From positions 76,758,001 to 76,822,000 of the forward strand of contig NW_024704743.1 of NCBI RefSeq assembly GCF_018977255.1: DNA of 64,000 nucleotides, read 5' to 3'. Of the stretch, positions 1-13,730 are shown piece by piece. This DNA is from Callorhinchus milii (Eukaryota). The first letter of the stretch is position 1. Every line of letters begins with the position of its first letter. Under the pieces are notes generated by a model. It was not told where the DNA came from. It searched no databases and saw only the letters and a list, made by a program, of their open reading frames with translations. The position numbers and the translations under genes were made by a program.

Positions 1-1704
1 CCAATGCAGTGCTGGGGATGTGCTGCATTTTGGATGTTCCATCTTTCAGATAAGGTTTCATCTGCCTATTTGGGTCGACATTAAAAATCCCCTAGCATTA
101 CAACATTGACATTTTATTTGCTTTTTTTAAATCAGGATTTTGAGGTGGAGGGGATGGGAGAATTTGATCAGTTGTGGTAAATATATAAGATTTGACATTG
201 AGAGCAAACTCCAAGAAATCTGCTTCTATTTACGCACATCAAATTTGCAAACAGTGAAATGTTTAGTCCTATGGTTCTATGCTTCCTGAAAATGACAGGG
301 AAGAGCAAAAATAGTTCTGTCTTTTTCTAAACTTCAACAGAGGCATATGCTGGGAAATGGAGGAGCTATAATTAGAGATAGTATGAGCTTTCGTATTTCA
401 CAAAGACGTGTATCGTGTACTGTGCGGTGAGATGAATCAGCGTGAAACCAAAACACAGCAAGAGTAGAATTTGAACATTGCTGTTGATTTCTGTGAGAGG
501 AATATCACCATTCAACATGCTCCTCAAATTAAAAAAACTTTATATCCCAGCAATCTCAACATAAATTTGACATGGTGATTCCCTACGTAGGTCACAAAGG
601 TCAAGTCAGAATAGCTTTGCGTGTTAGTATAATGGTATTGTGGGCTTTTGAACATCGGGGCTGTTGATATAGTGTTAATGCAGTGTTTCAAAACCAGACT
701 TGATAATTAAAAAATCTGTCATGAAACATCACGTTTCACGTCTTTCTCAAGAAAAGAGTGTGGAACCTCAATCTCGCCTTCAGTGTAATGGTTGGGTCCA
801 AAGCAGTTTTCCAAAATGTTATGCTGCATCTCACCCACAAGTGAGTTGAGCTCCAGGTATTGTTTTTGTCAAGACTCTGTTTTTTGAATGAAGCTTTACA
901 GGATATAGATAAAGCTGAAAGAGTTCCTGCAGTGTTAGTTGGCTTATTAATCACTATATCAATATAGTATAAGATACAATAAAAGCATTTTACATTTTTA
1001 CAGAGCCTTTCACATCAGGAGGATGCCTCAAAGAGCTTCAGACAACTGACTGGAAGCCAAAAGTGGGGATGAGGGGTAGAAAAGAAGGTGGTCTGAAGCA
1101 CAGTAGAAGAGAATGGTGTTAAGGCAGATTTTGAAGCCAGGGAAGGAGAAGACAATGTGGAGGCATTCTGGGTTAGATTTCCAGAGAGCAGGTTGAGACC
1201 AGGAGGTTGGACTCATTTGAAAAAGAGATTAATACTGTGATGGGAGGGTGGTCAAATGAGCTGAAGGACCTTCTTCATCCAAACCTCCCCAGTCATATCG
1301 ACCGAGTTAAACTAGTCAAAAACAACAATCCCTGCTTTGATGTTTTGGAACCAGTTTTAGGCCCGACTATTATGCTCATAATTCCTGGTATTGTTTTTAC
1401 TCATTTTATTAATACTATATTCATTTCAAAAATACTTTTAAACTTTTTTTCTGAAGCTAAAAGAAAAAAAGATACATGTTAAATAATATTTCTGTGAAGA
1501 CTGGGTGATAGAATGGCCTTTCATACTAGGCAGTGAAATAGCCCAGAAAGTTTTCTCTCATTTCTTTCAGCAAAGGTACCATATGAAATGAGTTTGAGCA
1601 TTCTGACCTTATGCCTTGTGGCCATGGGCCCACTGCCCGAAATTTTCCCAATTGGTTTTAATTTAGCAATACAACTTGGAGTAATCCCAGAAACTCCGAT
1701 ATTC

Positions 1705-2078
1705 GGAGTCCTGTAGCTTAATGGTTAGAGCATTCGCCTCGCAAGCAAGAGACCTGGGTTTGATTCCCAGCAGGGCGAAACTTTGGGCAAGTTTCCTTAC
1801 TCCACACGCCTCTTATTTACCTAGCAATAAATGGGATTCCAGTTGTTAGTCGACTGGGGGATCACTTTTCCGGAAGTAATAATTCCTTCAAAATAATTTT
1901 TTAAAAAATAATAATTTATTCATTCAATCCACAATTGTTTGTGGGACATTGTTGTGCACAATTGGCTGCCGAGTTTCCCCCAAAAAACAGTCAATTCACT
2001 TCACAATATATTCTGTGAAGCACTTTAAGACGTCTCGAAGACCTGATAAGGCACTATATCAAATGCAAGGATTATTAT
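1705..2078 (+). mobile_element. tRNA-Ala-derived SINE, long subfamily
   Basis: A-box TAGCTTAATGG, B-box GGTTTGATTCC, CTCGCAA anticodon-like loop, central TTTACCTAGCA segment, L2-like stem-loop and (ATT)n tail. Confidence 0.9.
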
Positions 2079-2119
2079 CATATAGATCATTGGTGGAGTA
2101 ATGGAAATGTCACCCCACT

Positions 2120-2390
2120 ATTAGCGGGCGGGCTTTCCGCCACTCTGCCCCCACCCTCTGAACCCCATCCCGCAGTCCCTCCACCTCGCCCCCCTCCCTT
2201 GCCTCCTTCAAGACCCATCTCAAGACCTTCTTCTTCGACTGTGCTTTCGATTTCCCTGCTTACCCCTCCCTGCCCTCCACCCTCTCCGACCCCGACCCCC
2301 AGCTCGGGTCCGTAACTCCGTCTGTCCAGCGCCTTGGGATGTCCTCCTGAAGTGAAAGGCGCTTTACAGATGTAATGTTGTTGTTGTTGG
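2120..2390 (+). mobile_element. L2 3' fragment
   Basis: GRAF region, pyrimidine-rich 3' UTR, stem-loop and (TTG)n tail homologous to the 34054 element. Confidence 0.88.
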
Positions 2391-3324
2391 TGCCTGAAAT
2401 GGGAAAGTTGCCCATTCTTTACCACTAATATACAATACAATATAATACAATAAGAAAGTACATTTGTAAAGCGCCTTTCATGTCGGGAGGACAGCCCACG
2501 GCGCTGAAATACCCCTTACTTGAGGAGCAGAACAATTCACATAAAGATTTCCTCAATTTAATTACAAACGTGGAACCTTATATAAGAATTTTATGTTTGC
2601 AGCCTGAGAAAAGTAATTTTAAAACATTTGGATTACAACAGGGCAGCTTTAAAACAGACTGTGGTTCAAATCTTGGAACAACTTAAACTTAATTCTACAT
2701 ATGCAGGGATCTGGTTTCACCATGGACCATTCCACCCACTCTATCTCCAAGGGGGGCAGAGGGGCGAGATTTCAGCAACTTTGCTCTGCTCGCTACAACT
2801 CTCTCACTAGATCCTACCACCTTGCACTCTCTCTTTCTATTTTCAAAATACCTTTCCAGAAAAAGCCACACTTTCACTGTGTCTTTAGCCACCTGAATGA
2901 AAGGTGCCATATAAGTACCAGTCGTTGTGATAAGCCACAGTTACTCCTTGGATCCCAATTTATTCTAATATTGGGGTCTAAATTGTGGCAATTTCCAGGA
3001 GAGTGGAAACCTTTTAAAAAAATTCACGTTCCAATCGGGGACTCTTCCAGTATCCAAACGTTCAGCTCACAGACTGGTTGAAGCAGAATTAAAGTTAAAG
3101 CATTAAACCAGAGTTCCAACCAGTGATCAAAACAATGTTATTACGAGTTAAGAAATGTGTCTAAAGAATGGACAGCTGCCATCAAACTGTATGTCTCTTC
3201 CAGAGTCGAAGCAGAAAGCAAATCTCTTTCTTCTGTAGAGTGAATTTGGGTTGTTCTTGGCCAAAACACAGTGAAATTCCTTGTAAAACTAGTTGCCGCA
3301 TCTCTGGGAAGGATGCAGTTTAAG

Positions 3325-4948
3325 TATCATAGAATCATAGGATTATGAAACGAAGGAGGCTATTTGGCCCATCGCATCTGTGCCAGCTCTTTGGAAAGAG
3401 CCAAAAGGTTCCCTTTTATGTTACCCGCTAATCTTTTCTCATACATTCTCTTTGCCCCTCTTATTTCCTTTTTTCAGTTCTCCTCTGTACTTTCTAAATT
3501 CTGTTTGATTATCTTCTGTATTTTGAACCTGACCTTTATCATAAGCCTCCTTTTTCTGTTTTATTTTAATCCCAATTTCCTTAGTCATCCAGGGAGGTTT
3601 GAATGCCCTACTTTTCCCCTTTGTGGGAATGTATTTGTTCTGTCCCCAAACTTTCTCCTCCTTGAAGGCTTCCCATTACTCGTTAGCTGTTTTATCTGCC
3701 AATCTTTCTTTCCAGTCAACCTTGGTTAAGTCCCTTTTTAACTCACTGAAATTAGCCCTCTTCCAGTTGAGTGTCTTCACTTTTGATTGTTCCTTGTCCC
3801 ATTCCATAAGTACTGTAAACCTAATGATGTTGTGATCACTGTTGTCCAGAGGCTCTCCTACTGAAACCTGCTCAACTTACCCCACTTCATTCCCCAGAAC
3901 TAGATCTAGCACTGCTTCCTTCCTCATTGAGCTCGAATCATACTGATCCAGAAAGTTATCCTGCACACTTTTCAGGAATCCTTCCCCTTCCTTGCCCTTT
4001 ACCCTGTTATTTTGCCAGTCTATGTTAGGATAATTGAAGTCCTCCATTATCACTACTCGCTTTGCAAGTGAGAGACCTCGCTTTGCAAGTGAGAGACCTG
4101 AGTTCAATTCCAGGCAGGGCGAAACCTTGGGCAAGTTTCCTTACTCCACACGCCTAATAATAATCCCTCCAAACCAAAAACAATAATAAATTGGTCATTT
4201 TCAATCTATGACTGTTTGTGGGACATTGCTGTGCGCAATTGGCTGCCGCGTTCACCCACAAATATACAGTCAATTCACTTTACAGTGTGTTCTGTGAATC
4301 GCTTTGGGACATCTAGAAGACGTGAAAAGCGCTATATCAAATGCAAAGATTATTATTATTATTATTATTATTACTCTATTGGCTTTGCATCTTTCTGAAA
4401 TCTGCTTGCAGATTTGCTAGTTTAGTTACTTGCCACTATTTGGTGGTCTATAATATACACCTAACAGAGTACAGCTCCTTTTCTGCTCCTAAACACTAAC
4501 CAAATAGATCCTGCTTTGGACCCTCTAGCACATAACCGTGGCCGTAATTGTGTCTTAAATCAACATTGCCACCCCCTCCTTTTTTTCCCCCCTCCTTTTT
4601 TTTCCCTATCCCTCCTGAATACTTTGTAGCCAGGAATATTCAGCTCCCATTCTTGCCCTTGTTTGAGTCAGGTCTCCGTTATTGCCACTACATCATAACC
4701 TCATGTGGCAACTTGCGCCTGCAGCTCACCAATCTTATTTGTCACAATCCGTGCATTTACGTACATGCACTCCAAGACTGACTGCATTTCTACCCCATTT
4801 AATCCCTCCCTTTTATGGACTACTTCTTATTACATTGCTATTCGTCTCTCCCAGCCCTCCCTCTATGTAATTTATTTCTCCTCTCTGATACTAAATCCTG
4901 ATTCTCTTCCCCCCTCGAAATTAGTTTAAACCTTCCCTCACAGCACTA
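3325..4948 (-). mobile_element. CR1-clade LINE 3' part (endonuclease fragment and 3' tail), internally deleted
   Basis: APE motifs MEDFNYPNIDW and AVLDLVLGNE; CR1-type tail (TTCTATGA-like on the minus strand) at about 3325-3400; no RT core seen; interrupted by a SINE at 4055-4373. Confidence 0.85.
4055..4373 (+). mobile_element. tRNA-derived SINE, short subfamily, 5'-truncated, inserted in CR1
   Basis: Same family body; 21-bp tandem duplication at the 5' end; long (ATT)n tail. Confidence 0.9.
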
Positions 4949-6753
4949 CAACAACAACAAAATTACATTTGTATAGCGCTTTTCACATGGGGAGGTTGTT
5001 CCAAGGTGTTGGACAGTCAGTGTTTCGGACCCGACCTGGGGATCGGGATTGAAGAGGGTGGAGGGGGGAAAGCAGGGTGATCGAAAGCACAATTCGAAGA
5101 GGAGGATATTGAGATGGGTCTTGAAGGAAGCAAGGGAGGGGGTGAGGTGGAGCAACAGGGGAATGGAGTTCTAGAGGGTAGGGGCAGAGTGGCAGAAGGG
5201 CCCGCCTGCCGATGGTGGGGTGGGTTAGGCGGGGTACATGAAGCAGGCCGGAGCCTGCTGAGCGGAGGGAGAGGGCAAGATGGTAGGGTTAGAAGGTCGC
5301 AGAGGTAGTGGGGAGCAAGGCCATGGAGGGCTTTGAAGATGAGGACCAGGATCTTGAACTGTATCGGCTGAGTGATGGGAAGCCAGTGCAGTTGGGTGAG
5401 GATGAGGGTGATAGGGTCACGGAGCCTGGTGCAGGAGAGGACATGAGTTCTGGATGATCTGCAGCCTATGGAGGGAGGAGTTGGGGAGGTCGACAACCAA
5501 GGAGTTTCCTTAGTCAAGCCTCAATGTTATGAATGTGTTTATGAGGGTTTCAGCTGCCTGCGGTGTGAAACAATGGCGGAGCCGGGTGATGTTGCAGAGG
5601 TGGGGGAAGGCAGAGCGGGTCATGGCACGGATGTGGGGTAGAAAGGATATTTGAGAGTCAAACAAGATGCCAAGGTTCCGGACTGGCTTGGTGAGGTGGA
5701 GTGTGTATCCATGGATGGTGATGCTATCAGCGCTTGAGGTGTGGAGGCGCTGACGAGAGCCAATCAGGAGGGTCTTGGTCTTATTGACGTTCAACTGAAG
5801 AAAGTTAGCTCTCATCCAGGACTTGATGTCTGACAGACATTCTGTCAGGACATCAGTGGTCCTGGCGTCAAGGGTGGAGTTAGAGAGGTACAGTTGGGTG
5901 TCATCCGCATACATGTGGAAGTTGATCCCCATGTCTGCGGATGATGTCACCAAGAGGGAGCATATAGATATTGAAGAGAAGGGGACCTAGGACAGAGCCC
6001 TGAGGAACGCTGCACAAAACGGTGCGGGGGCTAGAGGAGAAACCGTTTGTGGAGATGAAGTGGAGGCGGTGTGAGAGGTACGATCTGAACCAGTCATTGG
6101 ACAGAACCGTGAAGGTTGAGGTGAGATGAGAGGTGGTGGATGAGGATAGAGTGGTCAACGGTGTCAAAGACAGCAGAGAGGTCAAGGAGGATGAGGAGGC
6201 AGAGGGAGCCCTGTCACAGATGGACAGAATGTCATTTTTCACTTTGACAGGGGTTGTTTCTGTGCTGTGGGCGGCACGGAAATCCAATTGGAGGAGTTCG
6301 TAAACGGAGTGGCCGGAGAGGAAGGTGCGAAGCTGGAAATAAACGACTCATTTTAGGAACTCGAAGAAGAGGGAGGTTGGAGATCAGGCAGTAGTTTGAA
6401 AGCAGGAATGGGCCCAGGGAGGGTTTTTTAAGGATAGGCGTGATGACGGCCATTTTTAAAGGGGTGGAAATGGTACCAGTGGATAGGGAGAGGTTTATGA
6501 TGTCCTTGAGTAAAGGGGCAAGGAGGTGGAGTTGGGAGGTAAGGAGAGGGGGGTACGGATGGGGTCGAGGGAGCAGGTAATTGGTTTCATACGAGTTATA
6601 GTGGTGATGAGAAAGGAGTGGGAAACAGGTTCGTAGGTGTCAAGGGAGGGATGTGTAGGGGCCGGGGTCGAGAGGGGGAGATGGGGAGGGGCTAGTAGGC
6701 GGAAGGGCAGAGGCAGCTGGGGGGAACCCCTCGAATTTGGATTTGAGGAAGTC
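4949..6753 (-). mobile_element. L2-clade LINE, 5'-truncated and frameshifted
   Basis: Fragmented ORFs with [16 protein letters not shown] (5900-5911) and HWLP; (TTG)n tail at 4949; flanked by CACTA at 4944-4948 and 6754-6758. Confidence 0.93.
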
Positions 6754-8060
6754 CACTAGTTAACCTCCCTGCGAGGACATTGGTCCCAGCTCTGTTCAGG
6801 TGTAACCCACCCACCTTGTAGGGTCCCACCTGCCCCAGAACTGGTCCCAATGTTCCAGGAACCTGAAACCCTGCTTTCTGCACCATTTTTCCAGCAATGC
6901 ATTCATGTGTTTGATCCTGCTGTTTTGATACTCGCTTGCATGAGGCACTGGAAATAATCCAGAGATTACCACCTTTGAGGTCCTACTCTTTAGCTTTTTC
7001 CCTAGCTTCTACTACGCTCCCTGTAGGATCTCAGCCCTTTTTTTCCCTACGTCATGAATCCCGACATGGACCATGACTTCTGGATGTTCCCCTTCCCCCT
7101 GTAAAATGTTTTGCACCCGTTCCATGATGTCTTCAACCCTGGCACTAGGGAGGCAACATACCATGCGAGAGTCATGTTTTTGATTGTAGAAACATCTGTC
7201 TACTCCTTTCACCGTTGTGTCCCCAATACAATTGCATTGATATTCTTCCCTGTGTCCCCCTGTGCATCCATTTGCTTTTGACTCCTCTCCCCAGAGGTGT
7301 CATCACCCGGACCGGTATTCAGTACAGAGAACCGGTTTGTGAATGCCACACTCTCAGGAGATTTCTGCACTGACCATTTCCTCTTCCTACCAGGCCAGGT
7401 GGTCACCCACTCACTCTACTCCTGAACCTTCTGTGGCTGTGGGGTGATCACCTCCTGAAACGTTCAATCCACGAACTCGTCAGCCTCCTGTTTGCTATGT
7501 AGTGACACCAATCTCTCGAGCTCAGAAACCCTGAGCTCAAGCTCGAGCAGCTGGAGGCACTTCCTACACATGTGTTGGGTAAACAGTAACTTGGAATTTC
7601 CACATGGTACACGTTGTGCATGCGACCGGGTCTCAGCTGTTCCTGCCATATTCCCAGACATATTTTATATTATTTTAATGTAACTATCATATATTTTATA
7701 ATTATGCACCTCGTTCACCCTCTGCATCTATTTCCCACTCACACCACATTCCTTAACAGAATTCTCACTCTGTTCCACCTCGCTCAGGTTTGCCTGTTTA
7801 CATATTGATCCCCAGACCTGGCCTATGATTAACCGTTAATTGATATGTTTGCCTGTTTACATGTAAGGTTGCTTCTACCTCAAGAAAGATTTCCCATTTT
7901 TCCGATGAATGAAAGAGTTTTCTCTTGCTCTATGGTATCTCTCTTGCTGAAGAATTCCCACTTTCACCAAATTCCTTAACAGAATTCTCACTCTGTTCCA
8001 CCTCACTCAGTTCCCTTCTCACGCTGCTGGGCTCTCTGCTCAAGTATGTGACCTTCGATC
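6754..8060 (-). mobile_element. CR1-clade LINE 5' part (5' UTR and ORF1)
   Basis: Degenerate ORF1 with a Cys/leucine-zipper segment CRKCLQLLELELRVSELER and SGNH-esterase-like segments MVCCLPSARVEDI, VMVHVGIHD and GLHLNRAGTNVLAGRL. The 5' boundary is approximate. Confidence 0.85.
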
Positions 8061-9278
8061 TTAAATATGTGAACATCTCTTCTTTCCCTTTTGACTAAAT
8101 TCCTACATTTGCCAAAAGTATTTTTTTTACCTGGATTCAGGAGTCGGTGATTTGATTTTGATACTTTTAAGTAGATTGCCACTTTGGTTGGAAATTTAGT
8201 CGTGAAAAAATCCAGTTGCCTAAACTGAGGCAGTCTACCTGATACAAATGAGGTAGAGGTAGGCTTAATGCACATGACTCAAGATACAAGTTTTGGCCAG
8301 ACAGTCATGTGAAGGGGTAAACAACAGACGAGCCTAGTTGTGGACATGTTCTGGCTGCTTGTTGGGAATGAAAATTGATGCCTGGTGAAAGAAAGAGAGT
8401 GAGTGTCTGATTGTCTGAGGTTAGAGCTGAGGTTGCATTTTTGGGTATTGCAGAGGTTAGCAAGAATGTGCACAGAAACAGCGGGGGAAAACTCACTAAA
8501 TTTAATTTGTTCCTAAGAATATTTTCAATTTGTTGACTGTGGTGCTGATTTGTAGCGCACATCCATACTACATTTTATGAAGCGCTAATATTTTTAGTAT
8601 CCAAATGTATGCACTGCCATCTGCCAAAAAACACAACTTAAAACCAGGTTTTGGAAAGTCAGCAGCAGAAAACATGGTTGTCATTAGCCTGAGAGCCTCC
8701 CGCCCACCACAAGTCCTCCCACTCCTCTCTGCACCACAAATAAAGTACTTTTAGGAGCACTCATCGCCACTGTGGCTCCTGTATCAAGTTGTTTATAGTC
8801 TAAGAGATGTATTTTAATACCTGCAAATACATGTACTTTTTGGCCACAGCTTTCTCTCTGCAGATGCAAATACAGGTCACATTATAAAATGTGAACTTTC
8901 ACAAGCTAATCTATAGTCTGCAGTCTAGGTACAGTATTTCTAACCTCCCTCTGCCTTCTCACTTCCTGATGACTTAATTAGTTAAGGCATCGCCCAGTGC
9001 ACCACTATGCCATACAGTCAGTTTTTGCAGGTTTAGATCCCCCAAATCTCAGCTAAAGTCCCATTTAAGGCTGTACTTCACTTCAGTGCCTCGGGTTAAA
9101 GAAAGGAAAATCAGCCGGAGTTTCAGGTCCTATTCATTGACCAGAGATCCCTGCTGGAAGGTGGCTCCATTTGGATGTGCAGTGAGGACAGAATTGGGAG
9201 TGGCTGCATTATGCCCAAAGGTTGAATAGCCAGCCAGCTGACACTTGCTGTCAAGGCTCATACATACATGGTCACATA

Positions 9279-9646
9279 CGTCTGTAGCTCAGTGGTTAGA
9301 AAACTCGCCTCGCAAGCAAAAGAGCTGGGGTCGATTCCTGGCAGGGCGAAATGTTAGGCAACTTTCCTTACTCCATACGCCTCTGTTTACCTAGCAGAAA
9401 GTAGGAATCTGGTTGTTAGTCGATTGGTGGATTGCTTTTCCCAGGATAATAATTCCTTCAAAAAAAAATTGGTCGCTGCAATCCATGACTGTTTGTGGGA
9501 CACTACTGTTTGCAATTGGCTGCTGCGCTTCATCCACAAAATATACAGTCTACACTTTACAGTATATTCTGTGAAGCGCTTTGAGACGTCTCGAAGACGT
9601 GATACGATCCTATATCAAATGCAAGGATCATTATATTATTATATTA
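9279..9646 (+). mobile_element. tRNA-derived SINE, long subfamily
   Basis: TAGCTCAGTGG A-box, GGGTCGATTCC B-box, full body and tail. Confidence 0.9.
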
Positions 9647-12600
9647 TCACTTGGACAAGTTACCAGAAGGAATAAAAACTTTCAGACAAGGAAGCAGAAA
9701 GTAAATTAGACAACAAAATGGTTAAAACAGCTTTAAAAAGAATAATAGCAGTAGTACAGAAACAAAATCACTTAAAACAAGACATGAAAAAGCGAAATAT
9801 TATTAGTTTACTGCAGAAATTACAAATCGTTTTTAAACTCACCAGGTAAGAAATGACGAAACACTTAATTTTTTTTTGCATGAATTCTTTCCTAATTTAA
9901 AAAAGGATTCTAAATCTATCTAGAATTATACAAATGTGTAGCACAGAAACAGGCCTTTCAACCCATCAAGTCTACACATATTTTCAAAGCAAGCTTTACT
10001 TTCAATCCCACTGCCCTTCAAGCCTCTAACTTTCATACATCTCTACATTGGTGCTGTGTGATACCAACCTAGCTATCTAAGTGTTTCCTTCTCTGGCTAA
10101 CTGCTGGCACGTCTCAGTCCCTATTTGAGATGTTGACCTCATTGTATAAGGTGCTAGGGGAGCTCTGCGATGTCAGAGATGCTATCTTTCAGGTGAGATG
10201 TTACCAAGGTTCAGCTGCCTATTCAAGTGGACATTAAAGATCTCATAGCACTATTCAAAAAGTGAAAGGAATTTCTCCCAGTGTCCTAGCCAATATATCA
10301 AAAATTAAAATTAAAATATGTAAAATTAATCATAAAAATTGGGCATTTACTTCATGGCTATTTGTGGGGCCTTGCTGTGCATACATTAACTGCCGACAAA
10401 TTCAATCACTACGCTTTACAGAAATTCCCTGTGAAGCACTTTGAAACATTTCAGCATTATCGGAGCTATATCAAATGCAGATTATTATTACACGTACACA
10501 TTTAGCTGCTGTCCAAGCCTCCAGCAAGTGCTTCCCATGGTGCTACTAGCACAAGTATCGCCAGCAACACCTCCCTGCTGCCAGACCAGCACCGAGGTAT
10601 ATTATACCTCTCATGCCACCAGCAGTGACTTTGCCTGTTAGATGCAGGGGTTCACCACCACTGGTTTATTGCTTTTGAAGTCCATATTTTGCAGTGGCCA
10701 TTCAATTGCTGTAGCAAGCATTAAACTTGTTACTTTCAAGCAATTAATAAAATATTTGGGTGTCCAGCCATGAATCTTAACAATTGAAGAACAATATGTA
10801 TTTCCATAAATGTATGAAAATGCTGCTATTGCAAGATATCTTTTCTCAGATTTACAACAAAGATTAAAAAAAAACATTGTCTTTGGTTCCCTCACCACCC
10901 ACTAAACTGGCTTCTCTTAATATAGGCCATAGCAAAACCTGGTGTCTACTTATTCTGATAGCTAGTTATTTCTCATCATATGATTCAGGATATTAAGTTA
11001 GCTCTTTAAAAATAAGTTAAGAGAGTTCAGCCAAGCTTCGAAATCTGAGAAAAAATCAAGCACTTTAAAAATGTTAATCTACAAACAGATCTGAATAATA
11101 TTTTCTACCTGAGCGATTGGTGCACAGTAACCAGTGAGAAAATATGCAAACATTGGCTGACAGATCTAATCGGGACAAAACATGTCAAAACATGGATGCG
11201 CTGTAATTTAGAATGAGCCTCTTCTGGTTCGACCTGTGCACATTGAACCCAGGATGAGTACAAATGCAGATTCCAGAGACTGAGCCTAATCTTTATTGAG
11301 TTCAAGCTTCAAGAATTTTTGTTTGATTTTAAAATGGAAATATTACAAAGACTGCTTACAATAAAAGAGATTCCCAGCCAGATATTTTGAAAGGCTTAAT
11401 AACCATATTCCTATTAGGAAAGAACGATTTGTATTTTTATCTGCTCCCCTTCCCACAGACAGACCCACAATTTCAAGTCACTAACCCAAGTGCTATGAAG
11501 AAAATCTGTTAAGCAGGAAATTCCTCGGGATTGCTTTTGGGCTGGTCCAAGATTGCAATCTGGATGCTCTGCAGTCAGCGAATGCCAGCACTGGCTCAGT
11601 GTCTGTTTGCAGGGATGAGCCAGGAGAGCATATGGCTGTCTTAACTGCTTACTGATCTGCATCCAGAAGAAATGTGTATGGAGATACTGAGTCAATACTG
11701 GCTCAAGATCACAAGATTGGTTTGGATGAAGAAGGCCCTTCAGCCCATCTGATCTCATCCTTACATAATACCCATCCTTCTATCCCCCCCACCAACCTCC
11801 ACACCAACAAGCTGCACAGTGTACTGGCCTCTACTACCCTCCCTAAAAATAAATCTTTCCAATTAGAATCTAGGACCAGCCTGGATGTCAACCTCAACCG
11901 GCCATTAGCATTAATGTACTAATGCAAAGCAAGATCCATTTCACATTTCAGTGTGACACGAGAAAACCAGTTAAAAATAAAAGTGCAGCTCTTAAACTAT
12001 TAAGGAGTAGGGTTTTTTCAAAGTGAAGGTTATTCCCAGTCCACCCAATAATAATAATCCTTGCATTTCATATAGCACCTTATTGTGTCCTTGAGACATC
12101 TCAAAGCGCTTCACAGTGTATTTTGTGGCTGAAACGCGGCAGCCAGTTTGAACTTTGTATTTAATAACAGACAGTCCAAGATTATTGAGATTTCCACTTT
12201 GCTATTGAGTGAAAGGAGAGAATACTGAGAGGCCTTTCTGGTTTTGAATGACCCAATTTCATTGAGAGGCTACTTCACTCATCCCTTCTTTGAACAATGC
12301 AGCTGCCCACTTTTGGAGACATATCTGTGCAGTGGGTAAATAAACTTTCTAGACTCCGAACCTACTGAAGGATGTTTGACCATTCGGAAAAGAAAACATC
12401 TGATTCAAGATTTGGACACAGATTCTCCAGGACATTAGTGTGTGTCTCCCCCAATCTCTCAGCATCCATAAGCACCTATTGACAAATGGAGAAACCGGAT
12501 CTGTGTTGGACACAGTGTTCAGTGAGATATGTGCCTTGTCTTGGTTTAATCCGCTAGTACTGACAAACCTAATGTGTTCAGTCACTTTGGAAGGGTAGTT

Positions 12601-13730
12601 CCTCCAGACATGCTGTGGCACCAGAGATTCTTTGTCAGATTAATGGATTGCGCAATGTTGAAATAAAAAAAAGAGTCACTTATGTTTCAAGGTCCAGTAT
12701 CTCTTCATTAGAAAAGGTCTGAAATAAAATGAGGATTCCAGCAATGTTGCCATCCAATAAATGTATTAGCAGTTTGCCAAGTACTGATAAGTTTCAATCG
12801 GAATAACCTACATATATAGGGGATTCAGTAAACATGGAAGGAGAGAACCTGACCAAATAATATTTGCATGGACTAAACTGGAGTGATTTGTGATGAACCT
12901 CTTTCTGGGCAAGGGTTGTTTTTGCTGGGATCCCATCTTGCTCTCTGTTTATATGATGGTTGTTTTTTTAAGTGAGAGAAGAGGAACGTCTTTTACAATA
13001 TATTCTGCTGATGTTGGTTGCCCTGTGAGTGTGGTACTTATGTTTTGGTAATACAGGATGTGTTCCACATAACAAGCTGAACGTCTTTTAAGCATCTCTA
13101 ACCGCATTTAAAGCAGAATATGATCAAATGCCCAAGTGTAAGATTAAAATAGTGCTGACCTGATCTTATCCAGGTTCTCTCCAACAGGTCTGAAGTAGAC
13201 CCTTGTGTAAGATACAACAGCTGCATTGTGACATTTACATTTCTACTCACATCATCATTTGTATAACTAAACCAAAATTTAAACAGTGCTGAGTATCATA
13301 CTGTTATAAATGATAAACTACACAGGAATATAACAGCCCAAATATGACAGCCCAAGTGCAAAACTTATTTTAAAAATTACTAATAACTAAATTTACATAA
13401 AATTAAAATGCGAACCAAGAAGTAGAACCCGGAATATTTTTCGCATTTCCTAAATTTTCCCCAATTTCTTCCCTTTTAATGAACAGTAGGAGGTGTTGCA
13501 GTGAGAGCTACCTGACAAACAACTCATATTCCACAACCATCAGCTGTCATCAATCTGTTACCTGTTGGGCCATTCAGTTAACCAGTTTACCATTGTAAAA
13601 TGAAACATGTCATAAAATGAGAAAGCCTGAACATCCATTCTTAATGAAAGTGAGCATGTTAAGTAGAGCTCAAAAATCTGATATCCACTGATTGTACACA
13701 GAGCAATGAGAATTGGTGTACATTACTCCT

